Below are positions 10,506 through 23,385 of a stretch of 64,000 nt of DNA, in pieces; the first letter of the stretch is position 1; every line of letters starts with the position of its first letter. The position numbers and the translations under genes were made by a program. Under the pieces are notes generated by a model. It worked only from the letters and a program-made list of their open reading frames with translations, did not search any database and was not told the origin of the DNA. This DNA is from Octopus vulgaris (lineage: Eukaryota), in contig OX597830.1 in assembly GCA_951406725.2 (NCBI GenBank), forward strand, positions 52,328,001 through 52,392,000. Direction: 5' to 3'.

Positions 10506-13015
10506 TGATTGATTGATTGATTGATTCTAGTTTCAGCTTATGAGCTGTGGCCATGCTGGGGCACCGCCATTTGGTGTTGCTACTTGGTTTCACTTCATGG
10601 AGGCTTTCTAGCAACTGCTATTTGGTGCATGAGAGAGTTCGATGCAGCTGCCCTCATCTGCCCCTCCTGCCGTGAAGTTGGTTCATCTGGGACACCTGAC
10701 AGGAAGAGATCCAGCTTCATTTTAAAGACATCTGTATCCACCCCATGCAGGTCTCTCAGGTTCTTCGGGAGGATATTGAAGAGCTGTGGGCCTCGGAAGC
10801 CCAGGCTATCACAGAATCTTGTCCTACATCTTGATGGCAGGTTTGGAGTCCTAGGCACCACGCAGTGGCGCCCAGTTCTGGCATTTGCGTAACTCTCGAT
10901 GCCAAAGTTCAGGACACTTCCCTCCAGGATCTTCCAGATGTATATTATGGCATATCTTTCCCGCCTACGCTCCAGGGAATATAATTTTAATCTCTTGAGT
11001 CTTTCCCAGTAGCTTACATTCTGCATAGAGGCTATCTTCTTTGTGTAGCTTCGTTGGATCGCCTCAAGTTCTGTGATCAACTTGACACTGGATGGTGACC
11101 ATAGCTGAGAGCAATAGTCAAAGTGGCTTAGGACAAGTGTCTTCCAGAGGACCATCATGGTTTCTTGTTCTCTTGTTCTAAAGGTTCTAAGAATCCATCC
11201 AGCCAGCCGTCTACATTTCATTGTCAGTTTAGCAACATGTACATGAAAGGTCGCGTCATCACTCATGTGAATACCCAGGTCACGCACTGATTGTGCCTCT
11301 GGGAGTGCAATCCCTCCGGGTCCAGTGTATTCATTGGGTATTGCATTCAGTTTTGCATGCTGATAGTATAATGCTTGAAACTTTCCAGCATTGAACTGCA
11401 TGCTATTCTTTTCAGCCCACTTGTATATTTCGTCCAGCTCACATTGCAGGTGTTTAGTGTCCTCAGGGTTCTGTATTGCCTGTGAAACTTTTGTATCATC
11501 TGCATAACTTGTGATCGTGGCTCTCTGCGTGACTGAGGGCATGTCTGAGAGGGCCATTATGAACAGTAGTGGTCCCAGAACAGTGCCCTGCGGAACACCG
11601 CTCACTATTTGTGTGTTAATGGAGGTGGCCCCATTGGCTACTACCACCTGACTTCTATCCTTCAGAAAGTCATGAAGCCATTCTCCCAGTTTTCCAACTA
11701 TGTTGAGATCACGCAGTTTGTGACATATCATTCCATGATCGACTTTATCAAAGGCCTTTGCAAAGTCGAGATATATGACTTCCACATTTGAGTGGTTGAG
11801 CAGCCGTTTCAGCACCCAGTCATAGTGTTGTAGGAGCTGAGTTAAACAGCTTCTCCCTGGTCGGAAACCATGTTGGGTGTCGGGCAGCAAGTCATTCTCT
11901 TCAAGGAAGGTGATCAGCTTCCTTCTGACTATTCGTTCCATGACCTTGCTGATGTGTGAGGTCAGAGAGATAGGTCTATAGTTCTTGGCTTCCGCTCTGC
12001 TACCTCCTTTATGAATGGGGCATATTTTACCTTCCTTCAGTTTTCCTGGAAGTTTGCCAGCTGCAAGGAAGCTCTGAAAGAGGAACTGCAGTGGTCTTGC
12101 TAGGACTCTCTTACATGCTTTTAGGAGGATTGCCGGGAATCCATCGGGGCCAGTAGCTGAGTCTGTTTTCATTTCATCTATAGCCTTGGTTACATCGTCT
12201 TCCTTTATATCGATGTAATCTATCGTCGCCGCCTCTGATTTTATATCTGCAGTGGTAAAAAAGTCAGTTGGATTGGTGATTTGGAGATGCCCAAGGGGTG
12301 GAGTGAAAACACTCTTGAATTGCTCATTCAGTATTTCACTTACCCTCATTGGTTTTCCTGTAAGTGTGCCATCCTTTTCGAGGAGTGGCCCTATTCTACA
12401 GTGCACTGTAGCTGTTTCTTTGGCATACCTGTAGAAAGCTCTGGGGTTAGATTTTATGTTTTCTATAGCCCAGGCTTCTTTGTCTGCTCTTTCTTTTTCA
12501 TGGGAGAGTTGCAGACATTTTTCGATTTCCAACAGTTTTATTTTTAGGCGGGACTTTTCACTGCTTTCAATCTGTTTGTTTAGGCGATTTGAAAATTTCG
12601 TACGCCGTCTCATTAAAATTTTCCTCTCTCTGGGGATTTTGTTCTTGTGTACAGTGGCCTTTCTCTCTGGGACACATTTGTAGCATATGGCTTGCATTAC
12701 AGACATGAATTGTTGAAGTTTCACGTCGATGTCTGGCGAGGAGAGACATTTAGGCCAGTTTTGTTTGAGGATCTCTTTCTCAATTTGTTTCCAGTTTGCC
12801 TTATGGTAGTTCAAGCTGGAAAGATTTTGAGGGTTTCTTGTAGGCTGCATGTCCGTGCTCTCTTTTGGCCCGTACATGGTCAGCTCTATCATGTTGTGAT
12901 CCGAGAGTAGTGTCGGTGTCACTTTCACATTATGGATGAGATCCATGTCATTTGTGAAGCAGAGATCCAGTGTGTTACCTGCCCTGGTTGGTTGGAGTAT
13001 TACCTGCTCCATGTA
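10502..13015 (-). mobile_element. 5'-truncated CR1/L2-group LINE with short 3' UTR and (AATC)n tail
   Basis: Open ORF2 fragment with stop at 10595, ~70-nt 3' UTR containing a stem-loop, and (TGAT)n at 10502-10526 on the plus strand. Confidence 0.92.
10595..13015 (-). CDS. LINE ORF2 fragment: C-terminus of APE endonuclease plus complete reverse transcriptase (~805 codons, no native start)
   Basis: [17 protein letters not shown] (EN); [61 protein letters not shown] and RDLG (RT). The first residues of the 10595..13039 ORF come from the neighbouring repeat. Confidence 0.9.
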   Translation of the reverse strand, partial: YMEQVILQPTRAGNTLDLCFTNDMDLIHNVKVTPTLLSDHNMIELTMYGPKESTDMQPTRNPQNLSSLNYHKANWKQIEKEILKQNWPKCLSSPDIDVKLQQFMSVMQAICYKCVPERKATVHKNKIPRERKILMRRRTKFSNRLNKQIESSEKSRLKIKLLEIEKCLQLSHEKERADKEAWAIENIKSNPRAFYRYAKETATVHCRIGPLLEKDGTLTGKPMRVSEILNEQFKSVFTPPLGHLQITNPTDFFTTADIKSEAATIDYIDIKEDDVTKAIDEMKTDSATGPDGFPAILLKACKRVLARPLQFLFQSFLAAGKLPGKLKEGKICPIHKGGSRAEAKNYRPISLTSHISKVMERIVRRKLITFLEENDLLPDTQHGFRPGRSCLTQLLQHYDWVLKRLLNHSNVEVIYLDFAKAFDKVDHGMICHKLRDLNIVGKLGEWLHDFLKDRSQVVVANGATSINTQIVSGVPQGTVLGPLLFIMALSDMPSVTQRATITSYADDTKVSQAIQNPEDTKHLQCELDEIYKWAEKNSMQFNAGKFQALYYQHAKLNAIPNEYTGPGGIALPEAQSVRDLGIHMSDDATFHVHVAKLTMKCRRLAGWILRTFRTREQETMMVLWKTLVLSHFDYCSQLWSPSSVKLITELEAIQRSYTKKIASMQNVSYWERLKRLKLYSLERRRERYAIIYIWKILEGSVLNFGIESYANARTGRHCVVPRTPNLPSRCRTRFCDSLGFRGPQLFNILPKNLRDLHGVDTDVFKMKLDLFLSGVPDEPTSRQEGQMRAAASNSLMHQIAVARKPP

Positions 13016-13195
13016 TAGGAGTAGATGAAACAGAGACAACTGATGAAGGAGAATATTCTTTATATTGCATGTCTCGTTTCTCTGTTTGTTTGTTTGTTTG
13101 TTTTTTTCGTTGTTCGAAAAAAAGTTCGTTTTCTATGTTTTTATTTTTTATGTGTTCGCTTCTCATTGTGTTCAAAGTTTTTTGATTCCTGTATC
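13016..13195 (+). repeat. Unclassified dispersed repeat fragment (related inverted copy at ~26830-26965)
   Basis: ggagtagatgaaacagagacaactgatgaaggagaatattcttta..tgttcgaaaaaaa.ttcgtttt matches the reverse complement of 26860-26962. Confidence 0.65.
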
Positions 13196-13565
<370 letters not shown>

Positions 13566-13867
13566 AGGTATGTATGCATGTGTTTGTGTATGCGTGTGCG
13601 AATAGTGCGTTTCGAGGTAGAAAGAAGAAATCATGTGACAACGTGTTTCATTGGTCATAATTGCTTGACCAACGGTTATCATCCCTTTTCTTTTCTCATC
13701 CAACATTTGATGTTCAGTTCAAGGTGTATTAAAATCTGAACAATGGCTCCAATGTAAAGCAGACCATCCGTATTTCCACCCGTAACTGGGTGGAATTACA
13801 AACCCTTTCAAGAACAAACATGTTTCAGCGTAGTTCTACACGTTGTTGCTGCTACATAGGTTCCTAT

Positions 13868-14345
13868 CTGCTGTTGTTGTTGTTGTTGTTGTTGTTGTTG
13901 CTGTTGCTGTTGTTATTGTTGTTGTTGCTGCTGCTACTACTACTGTTGTTGTTGTTGTTGTTGTTAATAATGTTCGTATTGCTTTACGCGGTGTTGTTGC
14001 TGTTATTTTTATCATTGCTGTTGATATTGACGTTTTTATTAATGTTCTTATTAGCGACGGCTGACAGGGATGCTGGTGGTGTTGGTGTCGCTGCTGCTGC
14101 TGTTGTTGTTGTTGGTGGTGGTGGTGGTGGTGGTGGTGGTGTTGGTGGTGGTGGTGGTGGTGGTGGTGGTCATGTTGTTGTTGTCAGCCGGTAGTCGGAT
14201 GGTGGAAGTGATGGCGGTGTTGGTTTTGATGGTGGTAGTAGCGATGGTGGTGATTTTGATGTTGAAGGTAGTGTTGCTATTATTCTTTTGTAGTGATGGT
14301 GATAACAGTGGTGGTGGTGGTGGTGGTGGTGGTGATGATGTTGAT
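13868..14345. repeat. (GTT)n/(GGT)n trinucleotide low-complexity tract
   Basis: Direct reading. Confidence 0.9.
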
Positions 14346-15689
14346 GTTATCATTTTTGTTGTTGTTAAAAACGATAACTTCCTTTTTTTCACTTACATTT
14401 TTCTTTAATTATCTTAGTGTTTTCTTTTTTGGCGGTTGTCATTCTTGGCATTATTATTTCAATCGTTAATATGGTTGTTGTTGTTGTTGTTGTTGTTGTT
14501 GTTATCGTTGTGGGCCTGTGAGTACGTGTGTGTGTCTGTGCTGTTTTTCGATGAAGAAACTATTTTCTTGCCAGCGATATGAAGATGACACCGCCATTGC
14601 AAGTAGACAAACGTCTCTAGACGTAAACGAGGCGATTGCTAGGATATAGAATTACCGCCATCACCACTAACACCGCCGTCACCACCACTACTAATACTAA
14701 TACTACGACAACTAGCGACCACAAATGAATGGTTAGTGGCTATAAAGCCCATAGCCACAGTTACAGCTCGATCAGTAAGGAATAGTGGCCATTAATGACA
14801 AAGTTACCATCCATCAAAATGGCTGCCAGAAGACATTAAAAGCTGGAATATAATTAATGACATTGACACCACACATATACACATATACACACGTATACAC
14901 GTGCATACATACATAGACATATAGATGCACATTTATACACATATAAATATATGCACGTTTACACACACACACACACATATACACATGTATACATATATAG
15001 ATAGACATAGATACACATTTAAACACATAAATATAGACGCTGTTATACACACACATATATATATCTATACATACAGAGACATATTGATACACATTTATAC
15101 ACGTATAAATATATACACTTTTATACAGACATACACGTACACATGCGCATACACACATATACATCTATATATACACGTATATACTCACAGATATTCGGAT
15201 TTATCACGTACACACATTATTACACACATATACACAGATATGTATACATATATATCATATATATACATGTCTTTGTATCATGCACATAGATGCATATATA
15301 CGCATGTATACTCAAATATACACATGCACATATTCATATATCTACACACATACACATATAAAGATATAAATATGCATATATTATTTTAATGTTCTTTTTC
15401 TCACTATTTCGCAGCGTTTATACGTGTATGTCATTTACGTATATGGTTTTATATATGTGTGTATGTGTATCTTTATGTGTTATAGCGTGTATATCATTAT
15501 ATGTATATGTAAATACACGTACATGTGTACGCATCTATGCGTGCGTGTATGTGCGTGTGTGCGTGTGTATTAGGAGTTTGTGTATGTGCGTGTGTTTTAG
15601 CGATTTATGTATACAGGTGTATATTTTTGGTGTTAAGGCATATGAATATGCATCTGTATTTGTTATTAACGTATATATATGTTATTGGT

Positions 15690-16669
15690 ACCGTGTCCTA
15701 TATTCTTCCCAATGATTCTGTAAACTACAGAACAAATGGTAATCTGAAGAAGCAAGGTCTGGGGGATAAGGCAGGTGAGCACTTTTCTCCTAGTCAAGTT
15801 CCTCCACCTTCTGCGACGTGATCTTTGCATTGTGGGGTCTTGCATTGTCTTGATAAAACACCACTCCCTTTCGATTCACAAAAAGCAAGCAATTTTTTTT
15901 CTTCAGGGTAGCGTTCAAACGCTCTAATTGCTAACAGTAGATTTGAGCATTGATCGTTCGTATGGAGGTCTTTTATCAGTTGTGGTTGTGTCTTTTCCCC
16001 TTCAACAAGCCAACGTCTACGACGCTTGACATTTTGATAAAAGACCTATTTTTTATCACCGGTCACCGGTCTGTCCAAAAAAGGGTGAGATGAGTTCACG
16101 CGAACGAAGAGAGGAAATGTCCACTCAGGATTTGGGGTTGGCTTCAGACAAATCATTTCCAAGTTTGGGGGCCTTTTCAAGTTGTTGAAGATGTCGGCGA
16201 ACAGTTGTATGACTTGAACGAAGCTTGCTTAACAATTCCTCAGCTGAAACTGTATGATCTTTTTCAAGTTCTGCCAAAAAGAGCTTGTCATGAAACTCAG
16301 TTGAACGTCCTGTTCGGGCCTCATCTTCAAGGCTGAAATTTCTACTTCTGAATTTTACAAACGATTTTCTGCAAGTTCTTTCATTCAGGTACTCTTCTCC
16401 ATAAGCTGAGTGAATATTTCGCCTCGCTTCAGCTGCAGAGTTCCCATAAAGCATTATGTGCCTCAAATGCTCCTTAGACACTTCCATATGTGAAGAGATA
16501 TAATTAGTGAAAAGTCAATTAGATTATTCTGCAAAATGATATTTAATTAGTTCATATATGTTATTTACATATAAATATTACCTGATGCCCTTCGACATTC
16601 TGAAATACTGTTAAAGCGTTTACAAATTGAAAATACAGAAGCCCGAACTTTACTTAGGGGATGACCTGA
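15690..16669 (-). mobile_element. Decayed mariner element with 5' TIR
   Basis: ORF 16125-16487 encodes the mariner HTH (HLRHIML..SAAEARRNI..AYGE..FRSRNFSLEDEARTGR). Downstream are LDRPVTGDKK.VFYQNVKRRR, HQDNA and PYPPDLASSDYHLF remnants. TIR TA|TCAGGTCATCCC at 16669. Confidence 0.88.
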
Positions 16670-16710
16670 TATATACAAGGTACGGTATATAAATTGTCAT
16701 CTAAATTTAT

Positions 16711-17090
16711 AGGCGCAGGAGTGGCTATGTGGTAAGTAGCTTGCTAACCAACCACATGGTTCTGGGCTCAGTCCCACTGCGTGGCACCTTGGGCAAGTGT
16801 CCTCTACTATAGCCTCGGGTCGTCCAAAGCCTTGTGAGTGGATTTGGTAGACGGAAACTGAAAGAAGCCCGTCGTATATATATATATATATATATATGCG
16901 TGTATATGTTTGTGTGTCTGTGTTTGTCCCCCCCCCCCCAACATCGCTTGACAACCGATGCTGGTGTGTTTCAGCAAAAAAAGACCGATAAGTACTAGGC
17001 TTACAAAGAATAAGTCCTGGGGTTGATTTGCTCGACTAACGGCAGTGCTCCAGCATGGCCACAGTCAAATGACTGAAACAAGTAAAAGAA
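16711..17090 (+). mobile_element. Near full-length CORE-like tRNA SINE
   Basis: Collinear with 7099-7557, including the cagtcaaatgactgaaacaagtaaaaga tail. Confidence 0.88.
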
Positions 17091-17139
17091 TAAATTACGC
17101 AAAAATGAAAATAACACTGACATCTCATTTTAATAGATA

Positions 17140-17986
17140 CTAGCAGAATTGCCCGGCGTTGCTCGGGGCTGAATTGCTTGAAAGTACTGTTAATGATTGC
17201 ACTGAATTATGATGATTATTCAGGCAAATATTGATATAAGTTTACTGTGGGAGATAAGGACTTAACGATCAAACGTGTGCCATTGCATTGTTTTGGGGGA
17301 ACCAAATATCTGATGAGCATTATAGGGGCACCAACTTTAAGTTTGAGAAAGTGTGGTGGTAGTCCGGGGTTCTCAAAGGAATTGAGTACCTCTATTGGAT
17401 AGTTGATGACGTCCTCTGGGTCAGGAGTTGTATCGATAGACTGATATACATAGACTTCCCCAGGAATGAGTTTTAGCATTTCATCATTAATATGGTGAAC
17501 AGTTTTATTCGTCGGGGCCAGTATAGCCTTTTTGCCAATCCAATCCATATTCTGATAATTAGCTTGTAGATCTGGGAACACTGCATCTCTGAGATCAGAA
17601 GGCGTCTTAACAATGGTACAAATGGAATCGATGGCAATATTACCATTTTCATCCCCTGGTATTTTGCCTTCGCCAAGTGCAAGGAGGGTTTGAGGAAATG
17701 CTGCTGATGTGATATTACGTCGCATATGAGCACGCATATTGGTGTGAAGTTTGAGAGTTACTTCCCTTTATTTAAAAAAATATGCATTAAAATGGAAAAA
17801 AATTATGGTAAATTATTTGTAAAATCGTAGACTCATCGTAGACGCGCGCTAATACCCAGAAGGGCTCGATATGAATCACGACTATAAGATACCCGGTTTT
17901 GGTTAAACTGCATCGCAAAATGTGGGAGTGGTTAGGAATCTAAATCGGAGTAGACAGACACACAACCTTTCTTTTATATATAAAGA
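17140..17986 (-). mobile_element. Internally deleted Helitron carrying a helicase fragment
   Basis: A|TC start at 17986, 3' hairpin cccgagcaacgccggg and CTAG|T at 17140; the 5' ~230 bp is shared with the Helitron at 9515-9915. Confidence 0.88.
17240..17755 (-). pseudogene. PIF1-family (Helitron RepHel) helicase fragment
   Basis: KLHTNMR, LLALGEG, AILAPTN..V..IN, YQSIDT, YPIEVLNS..PGLPPH.LKLKVGAPIML.R and CNGTRL. Confidence 0.85.
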
Positions 17987-19006
17987 TTTTCGTCCTAAAA
18001 AACTTTGTATGGATTGAATGGTTACCTCTATTGAAATATATACACGCACATTATACATACATGTGTGTATAGATGAATATATAAATACATTTAAATATCT
18101 ATATACACTTTTGGGCGATCTTTCTGTTTCTTAGAGATAACTTTAGATCTTATATTCGTCCTAAATAACTTTGTATGGAGTGAATGGTTACGTCTATGGA
18201 AATATATACACACATTATACATACATCTGTGTATAGATGAATATATAAATACATTTAAATATCTATATACACTTTTGGGCGATCTTTCTGCTACTTGGAT
18301 ATACTTTAGATCTTATATTCGTCCTAAAAAACTTTGTATGAATTGAAAAAGAAAATGAATTGAAATTTTTAAGAAATGAATTTGTTTACATACATGTGTG
18401 AAATGGCAAATGTTTGTGCAGTTGTCCGAAATGGAACCAGGGTAAATGTGTGGAACTGATGTATTATAATGAATAGTCCTTCTTGTTGTGAATATTAATT
18501 TGATTAATATGAACTGAAAACCAGTACGCACCCTCACACACACACACACGCACACACACACACACACTCACACACACACACACACACACGTTAGCTTACA
18601 ATTTTATTTATATATTTGCGTGTGTATGTGTGTAAAGAGGAAGTGGGAGTAATATGCAGAGTAAAGGCTTTGAAGTGAAATGGTAAAATATTTAGTTTTC
18701 TCGAATTTTTTCTGAAATGGGGTGAAATTGAAAGAAATTTTCTATGCCATGACCGAATGGAAGTACTTTGAAAAATCATAGGTAAACTCTAATTGAAGAA
18801 ATTGTGTGAGGAGTAAATCGTTATGTATTTATTTGTTTCTGTTTGCTGTGTTTTTTTTGAGTAGTGGTTTAAGGTACACTTGCAAAGAGAAAGTATGAGT
18901 GAAGCAGTTCATCCGTTTTATATAAATACTTTCACTTTAATCGTTGCACACTTGCAAAGAGAAAGGAGGAGAAATTAGGGTGATAGCATGAGTGAAGCAG
19001 TTCGCT

Positions 19007-19043
<37 letters not shown>

Positions 19044-19262
19044 AGCCCACACTAAGAAAAGCACTTCACTTACACACCACAAAGTGAGTTTTCTCGAAAT
19101 TTTGCTTAATTGGGGGTGAAATTTGAAAAACTGTACCTGGCACGACCCGATGCATTCTACTCTTAAAAATGCTAGGTAAATTGTAATTGAAGAAATCCTA
19201 TATTGTAGATTTCTATAAGAGACAAAGGGAGGCAGATAAAATCTGCCTTTTATAATAAGAGA
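17987..19262 (-). mobile_element. Probable 5' portion of a second Helitron family
   Basis: The minus strand begins A|TCTCTTATTATAAAAGGCAGATTTTATCTGCC at 19262; there are internal duplications (18690-18810 vs 19085-19195) and a tandem array; no own 3' CTRR end was seen. Confidence 0.5.
17990..18345. repeat. Tandem repeat, ~164-bp unit, ~2.1 copies
   Basis: tcgtcctaaa.aactttgtatg recurs at 17990, 18156 and 18319. Confidence 0.85.
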
Positions 19263-19418
19263 TATTTACCAACATTGCATAAAAATATCTTGAAATACTA
19301 AATACAAGCTGAAAAATGTATGTTTTACTGGTTGTTTAAATAGCAAAAAAGAATTTTCTTACAAATATGCACACAAAAAAAGTAAAATATATTTAAAAAA
19401 TACAAAAATATGTGCGCA

Positions 19419-19517
19419 GAAGAAGAAGAAGAAGAAGAAGAAGAAGAAGAAGAAGAAGAAGAAGAAGAAGAAGAAGAAGAAGAAGAAGAAGAAGAAGAAG
19501 AAGAAGAAGAAGAAGAA
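19419..19517. repeat. (AAG)n microsatellite
   Basis: Direct reading. Confidence 0.97.
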
Positions 19518-19796
19518 GGGAAAAGTATATAATAAGACTAATAGTAATTAGTAATTGAGAACGGAGGGGGAAGGAGAGTTAAGTCCATCAAGAATAAAAG
19601 AATGGAATATTTTGGAGTGGTCAGTATTGCGAATTATCAAAAGATGATTTGTGAATTCTCTACTGATTTCAGGTCACTTATGCACGTACGCACATACATA
19701 CACACACATATTGAGAACTATATCTGAAACGTGCACAGAAACATATATATACCCACACGTGTGTGCGTGTCTGTGTGTGGGGGGGGGGCGTGCGTA

Positions 19797-20198
19797 TTGC
19801 AGACAAGGAAATAAATTTCGAACGCAGTAAAGCTGTAAAGAGAGCAGAGAAAGATTGTGTATTTACCTTTATAAGACGGGAAACGAAAAGAAAAAAAGAA
19901 GTTGCCTACAGAAGGGTACGTGACTCGAGCAGCACACCTCATGCACCGGATGAACGCCTTTACCATTAAGTTAAACGGCACCCGCCAACAGTTACCGTCA
20001 ATTTTAATGCTAATTATAGCTTTCGAATGCGACGTTTAGCTTTTGGTTAGAGCACTTAATTGGTATCTGAGGAGAACGGGTTCGAGTCCTGTAGCCGCCT
20101 GCTGGCAACTCTTTTCTTTCTTATAAGGCTATATACCCAATCTTTCTCTGCTGTTTTCACAGCTTTACTGCGTTGGAAATTTACTTTCTTGTCTGCAA
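19797..20198. mobile_element. Divergent pair of tRNA-headed SINE-like units forming an inverted repeat
   Basis: Arms 19797-19906 and 20104-20198 are reverse complements; each is preceded by A/B-box-like sequence. Confidence 0.6.
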
Positions 20199-20237
20199 AA
20201 TACCAACCACATTCGGCGCTTCCAAAGTTTGTTCATA

Positions 20238-20360
20238 AATGATTCCGGGTTCAGTCCCACTGCGTGGCACCTTGGGCAAGTGTTTTCTTCTGTAGCCTCG
20301 GGCCGACCAAAGCCTTGAGAATGGATTTGGTAGACAGAAACTGAAAGAAGCTCGTTGAAT
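20238..20360 (+). mobile_element. CORE-like SINE fragment
   Basis: atgattccgggttcagtcccactgcgtggcaccttgggcaagtg...ctgaaagaagc. Confidence 0.8.
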
Positions 20361-20420
20361 ATATATATAAATATATGTGTGAGCATGTGTGTGTTTGTGT
20401 GTGCATGTATGTATATATGT

Positions 20421-20474
<54 letters not shown>

Positions 20475-20607
20475 CATCTCGGGGCACACAAACATAATGG
20501 AGATTATCAGAATGATGTAGATTAATTGAGATGGCTATCATCTGTCAAGATGAAGCCATCATCATATATGTGTATGTATGTGTGTGTTTATAGATATATG
20601 TATATAT

Positions 20608-20654
<47 letters not shown>

Positions 20655-20658
<4 letters not shown>

Positions 20659-20792
20659 TAGTCAATCCAAACAAGAAAGCACAAAAAAAACACTACAACG
20701 CGAGGACGTGGAATAAATATAGTATTATTGGATGCTCAGGAAAGAAGGAAAGAAGGAGGGTTTAACGTTTCCAGCGGAGCTTTTCGTCAGAA
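20655..20792 (-). mobile_element. Penelope-like terminal fragment with minimal hammerhead remnant
   Basis: Minus strand tt-CTGACGA-a-aagc(tcc)gctg-GAAA-c-GTT-aa; related to 10205-10456. Confidence 0.5.
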
Positions 20793-20888
20793 TACATGAA
20801 TACAAAACTTCACGCACATGTATATACAGATATATATACACACATAGAGAGAGAGACAGACAAATAGGCAGACTGACAGACAGACTGG

Positions 20889-20973
<85 letters not shown>

Positions 20974-21407
20974 TAAGTCACGGTTTTAACACCTCCGAAA
21001 ATCTATCTACTCAATCATAGCCGACCTGGGGCTAAATAATATACCATCCCTACCAAGAACAGTAACAACAACAACAACAATTAAAAAGGAATCTCCCAAT
21101 ATCAATGCCACCCACGTGACCCATGTGACTAGCGACATCAATATACAATTATCGATCTTCCACGATTTCACTTAATTTGATTCCAATTCGAAATTGGGTC
21201 ATTATTACACCTTTTCTCTTTATTGATGAAATTATTTCATTATTTATTGCATGTTTTGTAGGGAATTTTTTTGTTTTATTTTAGATCTATTGTTGTTGTT
21301 GTTGTTGTGTAAGATGTGATGGTGGGGGGGGGAGTTTTCGTTCCTTTAATTCTTTTTCGATATTGGTTGATGGTTTTATGAGGTCTATCGGTCACCTCAA
21401 GCACCAT

Positions 21408-21820
21408 TAACACCACCACCACCACAACCCAACCACCACTACCACCGCTACTACTACCACCACCACTACCACTACGACTACCACCACCACTACTATTACT
21501 ACTACCGCCACTACTGCTGCTATTTCTACTGCCACCACTGTAACTTCTAGTACCAATACTACCACTAATACTACTACCATCACCACCACCACTACTACTC
21601 ATATGACCAACACTACAACTACCAACATTATGACTACCATAAACTCCACCAAAATTATCACCATCACCACTACTACCAATGTTACTACCGTGACGACAAC
21701 GACTACAACTGTCACAATTTCTACCTTCACTACCACTGCTGCTACCACCCTTACTACTACGACAGCCACCACTACAACCACCGTCACCACTATCAGAACT
21801 ACCAACTTTAGCATCACCAT
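21408..21820. repeat. (CAC/TAC)n degenerate trinucleotide tract
   Basis: Direct reading. Confidence 0.9.
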
Positions 21821-21827
21821 TATATGT

Positions 21828-22492
21828 TCCTTTATTACCTACAAGGGGACAAACAAGGACAGGCAAACGAATTAAGTCGATTATATCGACCCCAGTGCGT
21901 AACTGGTACTTAATTTATCGATCCCGAAAGGATGAAAGGCAAAGTCGACCTCGGCGGAATTTGAACTCAGAACATAAAGACTGACGAAATACCTATTTCT
22001 TTTCTACCCACAAGGGGCTAAACACAGAGGGGACAAACAAGGACAGACAAACAGATTAAGTCGATTACATCGACCCCAGTGCGTAACTGGTACTTATTTA
22101 ATCGACCCCCGAAAGGATGAAAGGCAAAGTCGACCTCGGCGGAAATTGAACTCAGAACGTAACGGTAGACGAAATACGATTTCTCTATTACCCACAAGGG
22201 CTAAACACAGAGGGGACAAACAAGGACAGACATAGGTATTAAGTCGATTACATCGACCCCAGTGCGTAACTGGTACTTAATTTATCGACCCTGAAAGGAT
22301 GAAAGGCAAAGTCGACCTGGCGGAATTTGAACTCACAACGTAACGCAAATGAAATACCGCTAAGCATTTCGTCCAGCGCGCTAACGTTTCTGCCAGCTCG
22401 CCGCCTTGTAGACGAAATACGAAATACCGTATTTCGGTAGACGAAATACGGCTACACATTTCCCCCGGCGTGCTAACGGTTTTGCCAGCTCT
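21828..22492 (-). mobile_element. Head-to-tail array of three Meta-type SINE units plus a duplicated head
   Basis: Units at ~21828-21993, 21994-22178 and 22179-22408; extra head at 22436-22492. Confidence 0.88.
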
Positions 22493-23354
22493 GTGATGCT
22501 TATCTCCCAATAATACCAACACTACCACCACCACTGCCTCTACAACTATTCCTACTATCTCCATTCATAATTACAGGTACACCAATTCCACAATGGATGG
22601 AGGTGGACGACAGTGGAGTAATCTCTAACGCTTGGATTCAGACGTTTGGAGACAAACGTCAAAATTTACTCGGAAATCATATAAAAACAACAAAGGTTAC
22701 GATGTAAACAACAACAACAACAATATTGACAACAATAACAAGACTAACTCCAACAAGAGCAATTAAAACAACAACATTAATCGTGATGATAATTACAATG
22801 ACAACAACAATAACGAAATTACGCGCCAAGAATAACAACAACAACAACAACGATAACAATTAAAACAGCTACAACAACAACCACAGCAACAATAACAACA
22901 GTAACAAAATAGCAATAACAACAATAACAACGAGATCAACTACAACAACAGCGACAACAGGAATTAAAACGAAAACAACAACAAGATCAACAGCAACAAT
23001 AACAACAACAACAAATTTTATAACAACAAATATTTTATAGTTGGAGAGAGAAGTCGTTAAGGAGTAATTAAGAATTTGAAATGAAGGCTGTCGTGAGTAA
23101 ATTAATGGGTGTATATTAGACTGTATATATAGTAAATAGAGTGTGTAGAGTGTGTAGAGGAAGCTGGGGGAGATTCTAGTGACGTTTCAAAATGGCTCTT
23201 CTTGTAAGGATTTCGTACGATTCTACCATTGACAGCCAATTCCACATTATTATAACGTGACTATATAATGTTGAGATTCAAAGGATATGATTTTCACCTT
23301 TGACCTCCGGCTTCCCATTCATTGGCGCAGTGTCATCTTCTCTACCTGTCTGCC

Positions 23355-23385
<31 letters not shown>

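Noticed and set aside
13016-13060. GAAA...CTGATGA as a permuted hammerhead (also ~26925-26972, minus)
   Set aside because: The stem I register consumes the core C3, so no valid fold could be built by eye.
16125-16487. SETMAR-like host gene
   Set aside because: There is no SET domain; it is a frameshifted mariner with a TIR.
17216-17737. Host PIF1 helicase gene
   Set aside because: It is a partial domain enclosed by Helitron TC/CTAG termini.
21828-22408. CRISPR-like or satellite array
   Set aside because: The units are SINE copies without unique spacers, in a eukaryotic context.
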